DNA of 62,673 bases, the filler included, from Choristocarpus tenellus KU-1152 (lineage: Eukaryota; Protista; Phaeophyceae), in assembly GCA_964200185.2 (NCBI GenBank). It is 8 parts of 8 records of this genome, joined end to end, with 100 filler letters (N's around TTAATTAATTAA, not from the genome) between each part and the next. Parts side by side here need not be neighbours in the genome. Positions count along the whole stretch, not along the records: positions 11,231 to 22,409 come from CAXNAD020002464.1; positions 22,510 to 26,137 come from CAXNAD020018866.1; 6 more parts are not named here. One strand, written 5' to 3'. The first letter of the stretch is position 1; each line of letters opens with the position of its first letter. A model generated the notes under the pieces. It ran no database searches, was not told where the DNA came from, and saw nothing but the letters and a program-made list of their open reading frames with translations. A program made the translations under genes and the position numbers. This document shows positions 11,664-23,679 of this stretch, one piece after another.

Positions 11664-14600
11664 GGTATGTTGGGCGGCATTGCACCCTTGGAGAAGCAAG
11701 CTCCATCTGAAGGCACTAGTGGGTCTGTGGGATCTGAGGCAACCACAATCCTTCGGTGTGAGAATTCGTACTGGGATAATGAGTTCAAGTGAGTACGAGT
11801 GAGCCCCAGCAGTGTATAAAGGTGCTTACATACCTGGTGGGATTGCTTTCAAGTCTATAAATTTGTATTTATGTGTTCAAACTACACTCGAGATTCACAC
11901 CTACGCAGGCATTTTTCAAGATTGTCAAGGGTCATTCACATATGAACTGCCCCCCTCCCCCCACATTATCCTAACCTATATTCAACACGTGCAGGAAGGA
12001 TTTGATGGGGGGTATTTCAAGAGGGGACACCAACAAGGGCCCAGGTTACGTGTACCGGTTCCCAGATCTCTTAAAGCGTTGGGATGATGTTGATGGTGAT
12101 CGAGGCACCTGGTGAGAAATCGGAAGATGGGTTCCCTGCCTCCCCCTGCTATCCCTTGAAGAACTTGATATAAAGTTGGGTGCTGATTCCTGGAGCTGGA
12201 ACAGGAATTTGTTGATGTGTTTGTGGTGCCCTCGTGTGTTTAGCCTGTCTTGTTGTGCAGTGTTGTGCTGGTGTAGGATGTACCTTGTTTTGGAAGAAGC
12301 GTATCCTCTCGTGGGTTTCGTCATCTGCTCCCCTTTACCTCTGAATCTGCTTTTTTCTGTTCCTTAACCCTGATTTGATGGTTTTGTACAATGTCTTGGG
12401 GGGGGGGGGGGGGGTAAATTAAAAAAAATTAAAAAGGCAACGACTGGAAATGTGAAGAAAGAGTTTGAGAAAAATAAGGAGAAAGGNNNNNNNNNNTAAT
12501 GCAGCCCCACACCCCCAAGCTTCCCCCTCTCCCCCCCCCCGCCGCTTTTGCCGATAAGAGGAAGGGGGGGGGGGGGGGGGGTAGGTATGAAAACATGAAG
12601 CGTCGACTGCTGGAAGTGGAGAAGCAGAGGTTGCAGGAAGTAGAGAGGAAGGCCAAGGCTGAAGAGGAGGCTGCTGCTACTGCTGCTAAGGCTAAGGCTA
12701 AGAAAAAGACCTTGGAGGGAGAGAAATTGGATGAATTATCACCCTTGGGAGTGGGAATTGGTGGGGGTAGTGTAGCTGGGACCAACTTGGGAAAAATGCG
12801 GGCAAGGCCTTCCACATTCATGCGCCGGGCATCCATTATGCACATCTCAGGAATTGACAAGGTGAGGTTTGGTAGTTTGCTCTGAAAATGGGAGGTGTCT
12901 TCATGTTACCAATGTGCACGTGTTTGTGTTTGTGTTTGTGTTTTGTGAGAGAAGAGGTGAACGGGCGTTTTCCTGTTGATCAGACTTGGCCTGGCTTGTG
13001 GTTCCCATGTGTTGCTTCCCATTGTGTATGTAGGTGGTATTGTTTGATTTTGGATCAGATTTTGCGCTTGCTGTGCTTTTTTGTGTGTGTATGTGTGGTG
13101 TATACACATTTTGTCGCTGCCTGCATTGTCTCCCTTTACACAGCAGAAGATTGAATTGATGCCGTTGGAGAAGAAGATCGGGTCAATAAAAAGGGGGATT
13201 AAATCTCTTGAGCGCGATGAGGCTCAGATGTTGACCAGCTTGTGTTATTTATTCTCCTGGTACACACAGTGATGCACTTGGTGTGATTCAAAGTACAAGT
13301 ACCATCTATCTAGAACCATAAACATCATTATACCTGCCTCGTTCCGAGGCAGGTATAATGGTCTAGCGCCTGGAGGTAGTTTGCCCCTCCCCCCCAAATT
13401 GCTGTGACTTTTCCCTCTCCCTCTGCATGCCCCTATTCAGTCAATTGGCTTGTGCCATTATTCTGTAAGGAGTGTGAAGCCCTATGGCAGTAACATACGT
13501 AGGTAGGTATACACCCACATTGCAGAAACTCGTACAGTAAACATGTTTGACAACCCCTTCTTCCACGCACTTTGTTTTAACATTCTAATTAGTTCTGCTT
13601 ATCGGTAGGAGTAAGAGAAAGATGTGGCACAAGTTGTGTCATCAAGGAATGTTCTCTGTCAGGGATGTTTTGTGAGTAATGAGATATGTGTTTGGAAGAA
13701 ATGTAAGCAAACCTCCACCTTTTGATATTTTCTTCGTGGTACATAGCCTAACGAGAACAGGCTAGGTCTGGGGCTTGAATCCCTCTGACAGCTGTTGTTG
13801 ACACACTCAAGGTGGAGGGTGCTTGTGGTGCAGAGGTTGCACATGAATCCAGAAAATTCCTGTTTTCTGTGCCCTAGAAAGTTGTTAGTGGTAGGAGCAG
13901 TGTGACATTGTATTGACAGCTAGTCGTATGTGTAATTTGACATCCACCACTGCAAACGGTTTCTTAAGTGGTCGTATCATGCCATACATTAAACCCTAAC
14001 CCTATCTTCAGTGCTCCTGGTGGTGTGACCATGCGAAGTTACCCCCATCAGTTTGGCCTCGCTAACAGCTGAAGGTAGGGGTGTACTAAGACCATTGTTT
14101 TCATTGTGGTTGACAAAAGAGTATCACTTCCGTTGAGACCAGCAATAAACTCTCAACTTGCCCCACCCGCCTCTCTTGCCCTTGGCCCCATGGTAAGGTC
14201 CGTTCTAAAAAGAAGACTCCGTTGAATGAGCTTGGTCGCAAGACCCTTGTGGAGATGGAGGAGGGGGGTGGAAGGGCAACAACGAAGCACATGAGATCAC
14301 AATCAACTTCAACTTCAAATTCAAATTATACCCGCTCTCCCCCCAGCATGGGATCACCAAGCCCGCCAGAACCCTCTCAGGATGGCTCCCCCTCTCCGCA
14401 GAAGGAACATGTAGATCTACACACTTGGTTTGCTAATGAAGAGAGGAAGGCAATTGATTGCTACCTACAGGTACATTTTTTTTTTAAATGAGTATGAAGC
14501 ATTGGAAGGACAGAGGGTCAGGGGGGCGTGGGGGGAGTGATTGCTTATTGAGCAAAGGTTCCTTGTGGAGCAGGGCAAAGAATTAAGTCCTGGTGTTTGC

Positions 14601-15888
14601 ATAGGTGATGTGTGTGAGTTAGGTGGGACCCTCAAAGTTGTTTTTTTTTTGCTGTGGATGGTCTGCTAGTGATAGTACCATTTGTTGACACAGGTACCAC
14701 TATAGATTGCTTGGATTTTTTTGTTTTTACAGGAGTTCAAGTATTTTGGGGCTCAAAGTGATAAGCACATCAAGGTATTAATTTGACTGCCTTTTAAGAT
14801 CCAGGCTGGTCAGCCCGTAGATTCCTTCTGAGTAAAGATGAGAATAGAGTGATCGTCAGTGTTGGTGAGTTGACATTTTGACCATGATTTGATATTCGCA
14901 TCAAAGGCACTGCCCGACCTGAACACTTTGCCAGGGGAGCTAGTGCACTCTTGTTGAGTATTTTATTTGCCATAGGGACTGGCCAGTAGCCCCTCTGCCA
15001 GGCAAAACCGCTCTCTCAGATGCGAGGTATATTATGGTAGAAGACAACAACGGACTAGAACAGATAGAGGCTGGGGGACCCCTTTCTTAACTTTGACACC
15101 CTCCTCAACTGTTTCCAGTAGTGGATTACTTGAGTATCTGTACCTACAACATCCAGGTCACAGGATGTAATGAATTATACTGCCATCCCTCTAGACAAGT
15201 GCAAGCAGAGTTAGATCCGCCGCGCACTATTACTATCAGTGAAGTATGCTGTTTCCTAGTCTCTATCTCCTCCACTTGCACTACCAGACCCCTTCCAATC
15301 TCATGTAATGATCTACTCTACTCCACTTACCTCACTACCCACACTCCCACCATACCTTCCCTATTTTTCTCTCCTCCTCCTTCCCTCCTCCCTTCCCTTA
15401 CAAGGACCGAGATGTAGAAGTGGTTGTTATCCTGGAGGGCATCGACACCTGTACTGGCAACACCGTGCAGGTACATTGGGTGAACGATACTTGATACTCC
15501 ATGGACTCCACTCCTTGCCTGAATCTTTTGCTAGGAAAGTTCTGTGTGAACTTGCCCTCTTTTCCAAGTTCCATCGAGAACTGACCTCATATCTGGGGCC
15601 ATCTATCATATACCATTGTACGGTTCAGAAAAAAAAAAACTACCAGGAAGGCTTTCTACCACCTGTCAGAGCTCCCACCTCCCTCTGCCTCTCCCCCTGC
15701 CCCCTTGCCTTCGTCCCCAGTGCCGCCACTCTTACTCATACGATGACATTCTTTGGGACCAAACTTTCCAGAGCTGCGTGTCCAAGGGGGATGATGGCAC
15801 GTGCGTGGTGGACTATGGAAAGTTCCACGATACTGTCCCTGCCCCCCCAGACTGTCTCGACCATGGATTTGTGCAATCCTACGCATGA
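11664..15888 (+). CDS. Inward-rectifier K+ channel (Kir/IRK) cytoplasmic C-terminal region, 5' partial
   Basis: Last exons 15405-15470 and 15721-15888 encode DRDVEVVVILEGIDTCTGNTVQCRHSYSYDDILWDQTF...VVDYGKFHDT, the Kir signature EIVVILEG...QARxSY..xEILWGxxF...VDYxxFHxT. Upstream exons are 11664-11788, 11995-12111, 12585-12861, ~13147-13221 (end uncertain) and 14198-14470; all junctions except the ~13221 one are phase-consistent. Confidence 0.8.
13326..13360. repeat. Perfect 16-bp inverted repeat (hairpin) in an intron
   Basis: CATTATACCTGCCTCG-ttc-CGAGGCAGGTATAATG. Confidence 0.95.
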
Positions 15889-18800
15889 GGCAGAAGGATT
15901 GGTTGGGCAAGGGTATACAATGGTTTGAGGGGGAGCAGGGAAATGGAAATGATTGGACGTTATGTTCTTGTGTCCACATCTATCTGTGCTGTATCCCATC
16001 TGTGTATCCAGTGCTGGGGGTTGTGTGCCCTGCGTGCCAGGCATTCTTGTTTATTGAATAGACCGCCTACTTGTTCCTCCACTGCAGCCAGATTTTTGGG
16101 GGGGGGTAGGGGATGTGTTGTGGTCAAGAGGCGCTAGGCGTCATGCTCACTTTTGAGGAGCTCTTTGGCGGATGTGATGTGGTTTGTTTGAGCGGTGTAG
16201 TGATTGGTGGTCATTGTTTGGCTAGTGGAATTCGGCATCATCTATGGCAGTTATCCCCTTTTAATACCTTGAGATGCGTTTTTTAAACTGCGTTGAATAG
16301 TGCAGTGTAGTGCTCTTAAAGTCAGCTGACCCTGCCTTGCCTAGTTTAGCCACTACGTTTCTGTGTCTTGGACTGCAGTTTGTGTGCTGGGACTGTGCAA
16401 TTTGTACGTTCAGGCAGTTAGTGACAACACCTGAGAATCATTTCAGGGGGTTACTGTCCGTAGTGTGTTTATGATGCTGTTCCTTTAAATAGTGCTGTCC
16501 TATAGACAATTTGCTGAGGGGAAAGAGTAATTTAGCCATTGCGATCTTGTCTATTTAGTTGTTGTATTTTCGATGTACTTGGTGTACTAATATTTTAGAA
16601 CCCTTGTCTTTGATGCAGGTTGTGGCGATTCTCCTTTTTTTGTGACTTGTGTGTACCAACAGGTGGGTGTAGCACCTAACCCACCCTTTTGAAGGGTGCA
16701 AGAACGACTATTTGATGACCATTTATTGATTTGTATATTCATTTTTTGTCCCAAAAACATCTTTGACGACCCCAGTAGAGACTGGTGGGGAAGATCTTTG
16801 AGAAGCAAGTGTTTTGCACCCCCCCTTTTTTTTATGGTACTTTGCAGTCCATATACTCCGGAAGTTGTTTATTGGAGGAAAGTCGTGTGTATTGTGGAAT
16901 GGGCTTTGTATGCGGCAATGAGCCTAGCAGAGCCAAGTACAGCAGGTCAAACAAATGGGATTTTGCCCTTAGCCCATAGTAATAGCAATAGTATCTCCCC
17001 TGGATGGTCAAGCCCATGTTTTTGCGAGTCTGTTTGAGGGCCTGGTCATTCGATCGACCTGTCTTTCATGTTCTGTAGAGAATAAATCGCATACATAATG
17101 ATATATGCTAGTACACTGAATACTACCCCATGTTGTCACAGCATGAACTGCGATTCCTCAATAAGAGCCCATGGGGTATGACTTGCTTATGTATCATACA
17201 TATGGTATATATATACATATACAGTCATCCCCAATTGCACATGACCGCTTTTATTCTAAGCTGCATTTTAAACATGACTCATAGGTCCAGTTTCAGAGCG
17301 ATACGCGAGTTTTGCTTGCAATAGCACATTAATCTACTATCCCTAATTTCTCAAACCTTGAATGCCACTTACAGCGTGGCATATATTTCCTCATCAAAGG
17401 CGTGTATTGAAGTTTGTTTCCCCGAATACAAGTTTTTCCAAGTCCTTCATACTCTCGACAGGTTGGATAATATGATGGTTTGAAAAGTGTAAGGCCCACA
17501 ACTTAATGGTGAAACGTTCAATGAAGCTGTTCCTCTCCCCCACCAACAGTAACTCAAATTATAGTAGTGTAAAAAGTAGTAACCATCACATTTTGGCAAG
17601 CAATAGAGACATGATTCGATATCAAGAAGTCACTTCAGTTAGTTGTGAAAGGTATTCGTATCATCACCACACGTACAAGTCAAGTCCACATACTGACAAG
17701 GGACAAGAACAATACTATGCTGTCCTCAAATCTGGAGATGGAGCATACTATATACTTCGGACTGATTGTTCTAAGTATTTGTTAGATACTCTCCGCCCAC
17801 CTCAGTACTCTGTGGAGTACTACAGATAGTATTAGTTTGTTTCCCTAACATGCCATGCCCAGTGGGAGGAATGGCACCAGGCAGGTCTAGAACTATTGAT
17901 ACCTGAAAGGTCAATTTGATATCCCACGGTAGCTTTCCACAACATCACCCATCAGGTGGTGGGCCGATTAGTGGCAGTGATCTTGAACTCAAGACATATT
18001 ATCACTATATATGTGATATGAAGTAGTAGCGCGTGTTCTTGTAGGGAGAAACCTACCATAATAATAGATACATTTATCAACCCATCTGTTGTGTCCTATT
18101 GCTGACTGAGCCAGACCAAACAAGATCACTCAGAACAAGAACTACTGTTGCTTGTGCTTGTTGAAGACCTCTAGTAAGAATGTTACATCATGTACCAATA
18201 TTTCAGTGTAGCAGTAGACAAAACTTAGAGCATGTAAAATCCGATATTATGAACAGTCGATCTAAGTAAGATCCCTCACCATTGGAAGGATTGGGCCTAC
18301 CTATGAGTCTCACGAGAAGGTGGGGGTTGGCAATGTATCTACCTATTGTAGGTTCCTTCAGAAAGTCCAGATGACGATAATAAAGAAGTAACTTGTGCAC
18401 TTGGATAAAACCACAGTTTAATACCATCCTATACAGAAGAATTTACAAGAGTATAACGTGTTCAAGATGTACCTATTCGAGGGTGTTCGTGTCACAACTG
18501 ATACTTGGAGCAATTCCATCTGGGTATATCCTGGATGTGGGTATTTATTTATTTAATGACAGCAAGTGAGTGTGGCATTTCAATCACCAAGTCAGTCACT
18601 AAATCTCCCCCCCTTGATTAAGGGTGCCTAGCTGATTTGCTGTCAATTACCCATCATGAGGTCCGTATGCCAGGAGGGAGGAGGAGGGGAAATGGTTCAC
18701 TCATGGATCCAGCTTCTCAGGTAAAATACTCGGCATAATATGCTTTGAGTTTGAATTTATCAGGTGAGGGCTCTACAGTTGTTGTTAGTAAAACACATGG

Positions 18801-21333
18801 ATGCCAACGCTACAATTGGTCCATTGATGATGTTTGAAGGCTGCGGCAGGAGAGCGGGGGTAGATGAGAAACTGAGACCACTTGATAGTTATATCTATCC
18901 ATCTCCACCTGTTCATGCCCTAGCCAAGCGCATGTCTCTCTAGATCTCTGATGTTCATCCCTTCTTCATTAAGGTATCCCTTGCCCACTGTGCTATCTGC
19001 CGACACCAGAAATGGACGAGAAAAAGAGGTGTTCAATAGTAGATGCGTCTATGTTCAAAACAGAAGATTATGTATTTCCGAGAGAGAGTCACAGTACTGT
19101 AAGGATACAACAGAGAAGAGGCGAACCAACATGATTGCCATAAGAGACACCCTCTACAGACCTACTATGTGACATACTTGTAGCAAGGCCAAGGAGAGCA
19201 ATCCTTGGCAATTTACGATGTCAACAAATCCAAGCACAGAAAAGTAATCGTGTGCGGAGAGCGAGAGGAGATTTTTGTGATAATAGGTTGAGTCAAACCA
19301 ACTGAGAGGTAGGCAGGGTTGTATTTTAAGGATCCCTGGAAAGGAAAAAAATATGTCATTTTCTACGATTACAGAAGAGTCCTTGCGTAATGCGATGTCA
19401 CCTTGTGTGTAGAAATATATCGATATAAGTAAATGTACACTCTTGTGCACGTAAAACAGTTGAGATAGAGGTTATTGCACAGGGTAAGAAAGATGGGTTG
19501 GGATGCGAAAGGGTCGAAACCTTCCTCTCAATTGGTTTGGTTCTTTTCCAAAACATAATTCAATAGCCTCTTTGATCTTAAAAATAAGCAAGGTTCATAT
19601 GTCCCTGACAACTTTATGACCTCCACAATCCCAACCTAGGAGATAGTTTTGCACTTGATTAAGACGTGACTCTTCAATGTAGCACTTTTTCGTGGAACAA
19701 GTTCAGTTGTAGGACATAAGTCCAGTGTAGCCCCTAGAGTCACAACTGGTAGAGTTCTATTCCTCAATTGCATCCAATACTCTTGTATATGCTCTCAATT
19801 AGTTGAAAAACACAATTATGGTCGAGTATCCACCTCTTCAAAACACACTGCTTCACCTACTATATGTTATTGTAGTAAGAAAACAAAAAAAGGGCAAAAA
19901 AAATTGAGTCACAAAAATAAATACTCCAAGTACGTATAAACGTAACATAAAAGTACTAGGGGTGACAGAGATAGTAGTGGAACCATGTTTATTAAGTAGT
20001 ATGTATCTGAATGTCCGATGACCAACCATGTACACATGAAAGTCTCTCAGACATTCCGTATCTATACTTCTCAATCCAAGTTCGATAAATTGTATGCATG
20101 ATAAGTGCTCAAATGCCACGAATAAAAAATTCTTCGGGGTTTGGTACTACAACGTCCAGGTTTATGGTCCGAGAGTCCACAGAAAGCTAAGCAATACTGG
20201 GAAAAGTTCATCAACAGTGACAAGCCAAGTGTCCAGACTCTAAACCTGTGAAAGCAATGACCGTGCACTCACAACCCTGACATCCTTGTCTACCCCCATT
20301 ATCTTGCCATTCCCACCGTCAGCAACAACATTCGGGTGTACCTCCTCTTCTAGCACCTGGGTTAGGAATAAGAGTTGAAAATCTTTTCGAAAATCGAGAA
20401 TATTGGCCCTATTGGATAAAGAAATACAACCAAGTTGAGAGCATATACGTGATGTTAGAGAGGACACGGAAAGATAAACGCCTATATTTTGTACTACTAC
20501 TATTGAACAGTTCCAAGTAGGACTAAAGTTTTATTTGTCGAAGTTGTCGACTGATGATACAAAAAAAAATCAACTACCACTATCAATTTTGTTCTTGGTA
20601 TATATATGTATACTACACTGAGTTTTGTTTGAAAGAAATTGGCGCCCCCCACATGTCATACACCCCACCAACCTCTGTATTCCAGTGGCTGATGGTGTGA
20701 AAACGAAAGAGATCTCCGATTACTTGGTGGTGCTTCTTTTGGATTCAGGCAGGGGGTGTGAGGGCTAAAGGGGGTGGAGGCAGAACAAAATATAAATGGG
20801 CATGCAAATTCCACTACCTCAAGTTCTACACTGCAGAAGGATGGAGAGGCGCTGAGAGATCAGAACCGCATCAAATACAAGAACAAAATCTACTTCACAT
20901 TTCCATTTCTTAGATTAGGCAATTCCTATAATAGTGTGGTCCTGCTGAGGTTATCCCCTGTGCATCCCCACAGATAGAAGTAGAAGTTTGGGGAAACCTG
21001 GGGGGGGAGAGGTAAGAGCTAGAATCGTACCTGCGTCAGGCCTACACAGTGTCACAAGCGTAGATATTGGCATAGATAATCAGTACCCTGTATATACTAC
21101 TAACGTTTCTGCCACCTACTGACGAAAAAACACTCACCTTACCAATTATATGCAGCTCTCTTTAGACACCATACGTCTCCAGCCAAGGAGAGAGCGTAAC
21201 ATTTTTGTTTTTTTCTGCCTAAATGGATCAAAACATAAAATAAAGTTAATGGCCATATCCAGATTAAAAACACTCAGTCATTGGAGGGAGGTAAGTTGAA
21301 GGACTGCCACAGCAGCACCTATTTTTTCTTCTT

Positions 21334-21425
21334 TGGTAAGTATCTGGGGGGGAGGGGGGGGTGGCTGTCCATTCGGGGCCCATTTTTCCATGTCGTGATT
21401 TTTGGGTGATTTGGTTGCATGTGTC
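21334..21425 (+). repeat. Dispersed repeat copy (AAGTATCTGGG...GTCCATT[CT]GGGGCC...), related to the MITE terminus
   Basis: Aligns by eye to 22323-22409. Confidence 0.65.
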
Positions 21426-22322
21426 GGACGGATAATGTAAGTACACTTTTCCTGGTCAGGGCCGGGATGGACTTCACCAGAGAGTAAAAATAATCGAAGC
21501 ATGGCATGGAAAGTACTGGCGAACTGCTGGGAAACCAAGAGTGATATTGTAAAGCGAGCTTCCTTTGCCCAAAAGACAGACTAAAGTGAATTTCAAACAT
21601 TTGCGGACCAATGTATTTTAGGGGGAGTTAGTTTAGGGATTAGTTCAGGACAGTGCTGTGAAAAACTCCGTTGTATCACGCTCTAATAGTAGTCCAGAGC
21701 ACAAAAATAACAAGCATTTGAATGTAGTGGCCATGTCTCGTATCGAATGATTTGTAGATCCTACCAAATTTTATTTGTACTTGCAACGTAGTTTTGTAGG
21801 AATGCCTTACTATCCATTTTTTTGTTCAGAGTAGTTTTGGTTGTAGTATCCCTGGTAATCAGTGTTTGGCATTAATACTATGGCTCTTTAACTAACTTTC
21901 TCCATCCTCTCCTCCTCCCTATTCTTACTCATGCATCTCTTGAATATTTCGTCTCTACTCCTTAAGAGGACCGCCTTTCTGTACCTGCTCCAAACTATGT
22001 CAATGTTGTGTGCAGCGCATTGTTCACTCCATGTATGTATGTGCATGGCAAAGTTCACATTTTGTCTTTCCTCCGCATCAATCTTAGGAAGGCGAGTGCC
22101 ATGGAATGGCTGCTGCCCATCCAAAGGCATTGATTGCCAGAGAGATTGAACAGAACAACTAACTGCAAAGCAACACAAGGATGTATAGTGATGAAGGTAA
22201 TGCGTTGGTCTCTTCCTCTTGTCAGGGTCCCCCGTTAATCGGCCCATCAGTGTGTGGGTGTTTGACCTGACAACCAGGATACCTTGTGGGGATAGCTTGT
22301 CGCCCTTGAGCAATGGGGGTTT

Positions 22323-22409
22323 GACCCAAAGTATCTGGGAGGGGGTGGCGGGTGTCCATTTGGGGCCAATTTTTTCATGTAGCGATTTTTGTGTGGTTAG
22401 GTTGCATAC
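22323..22409 (+). mobile_element. MITE-like terminus (second subfamily, AAAGTATCTGG), cut by contig end
   Basis: The same core occurs at 6134-6154 (reverse), 11112-11130 and 53355-53371, all at contig ends. Confidence 0.6.
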
Positions 22410-22604
22410 NNNNNNNNNNNNNNNNNNNNNNNNNNNNNNNNNNNNNNNNNNNNTTAATTAATTAANNNNNNNNNNNNNNNNNNNNNNNNNNNNNNNNNNN
22501 NNNNNNNNNCATGCCCACCCCCCCCCCCACTCACAAATTCAGCCTCTGCTTGCCACTGGCGATAACCACAACACACACTCCTTGCTCACATATGCAACAA
22601 ACAC

Positions 22605-23560
22605 TCAATATGCACCGTTCGAACTTGTCATGTCCGTCACTCCCTTCACGCTGACAACATGCGCAGCATCAAGATAACACATACGCATGTATGAAATGAC
22701 TGCACAGATAGTCCACACACACTTATATCCGTCACCACCTATTTCATACAAGTCTGCCAATCGGTAAAATTGCGCAAAACTCCAAGTTCTTTTCTTTCTA
22801 CCATCAATGTCGACCATAAACACATCGCTTGTTGCAGGAATACATACCACATATATTACATACATGATTCTCCCTGCACTCTGGACCTGATCCCTCCTTG
22901 CCACTCCCATCAGTCTAGACCCTCTCGCCCCTCCACAACATATACACACTAAACAGGCAATAGATATCGTTGACCCATTATGTCACATCCACGCTTTCCC
23001 TCATATCGACACCACGAATCACATGATAATTGCACATACGCATTTACTAATCGACCGCACACCGTCCGAGCACACTTGCAACCATCGCCCTCGATTTAGA
23101 ACGAGTCTGCCAATCAGTAAACCAACCCGAAACTCCAAGATATTGTTTCCTTCCTTGTAACAACGTCGGTAATATATCCATTGCTCGCTGCAAGGATATA
23201 TACCAAATGTACAACGTGTATGATTTTCCCACTCACAATAATTATTCCCTGTTTGCAACTCGTGACTATCTACACCCTCACACTCCTTGCCAACCCATAT
23301 ATTCCACCAAGGTAGTAGATTTCGTCGACCCATTATGTCACATCCGTTCCTTCCCTTCATGCCTACACCACGAATCACATGATGATCGCACATACGCACT
23401 TCCTAATCGACCGCTCAAAGTCTGTGCACACTTTGAACCGTCGCTCTCTATTTCTCAATTGTCTACCAATCGGCAAACTAACACAAACCTCCAAGTTTTG
23501 GGTTTCATCACACACTGCCATCCGTCGTTACCAAACACTTGTTATAGCAATAGGTAGCAC
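22605..23560. repeat. Degenerate ~355-bp tandem repeat, about 2.7 copies
   Basis: Anchors CACATACGCA at 22678/23033/23389, GTCT[GA]CCAATC at 22752/23106/23461, CTCCAAG at 22780/23133/23489. Confidence 0.85.
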
Positions 23561-23679
23561 AACTATTTACAATCAAACGCCATCACATCGAATCAGTCAC
23601 AGCACACTGCCTCAGTGCCGACACTGACTCCAACATGTACCACCCCTCCCCTTATATGCACAATCACCACAACCCTTAG

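Noticed and set aside
16000-21300. Many short ORFs and a possible decayed LINE tail near 19000-19450
   Set aside because: No convincing motif or splice-consistent model; cannot be supported without a search.
21455-21500. LRLFLLSGEVHPGP on the minus strand resembling a 2A/StopGo peptide
   Set aside because: Lacks the required D(V/I)ExNPGP core, lies in a short ORF running into a non-coding repeat, and has no downstream long ORF.
21888-22313. 141-aa minus-strand ORF with a coding-looking second half
   Set aside because: No recognisable domain or partner exon, and it is at a contig end next to a repeat.
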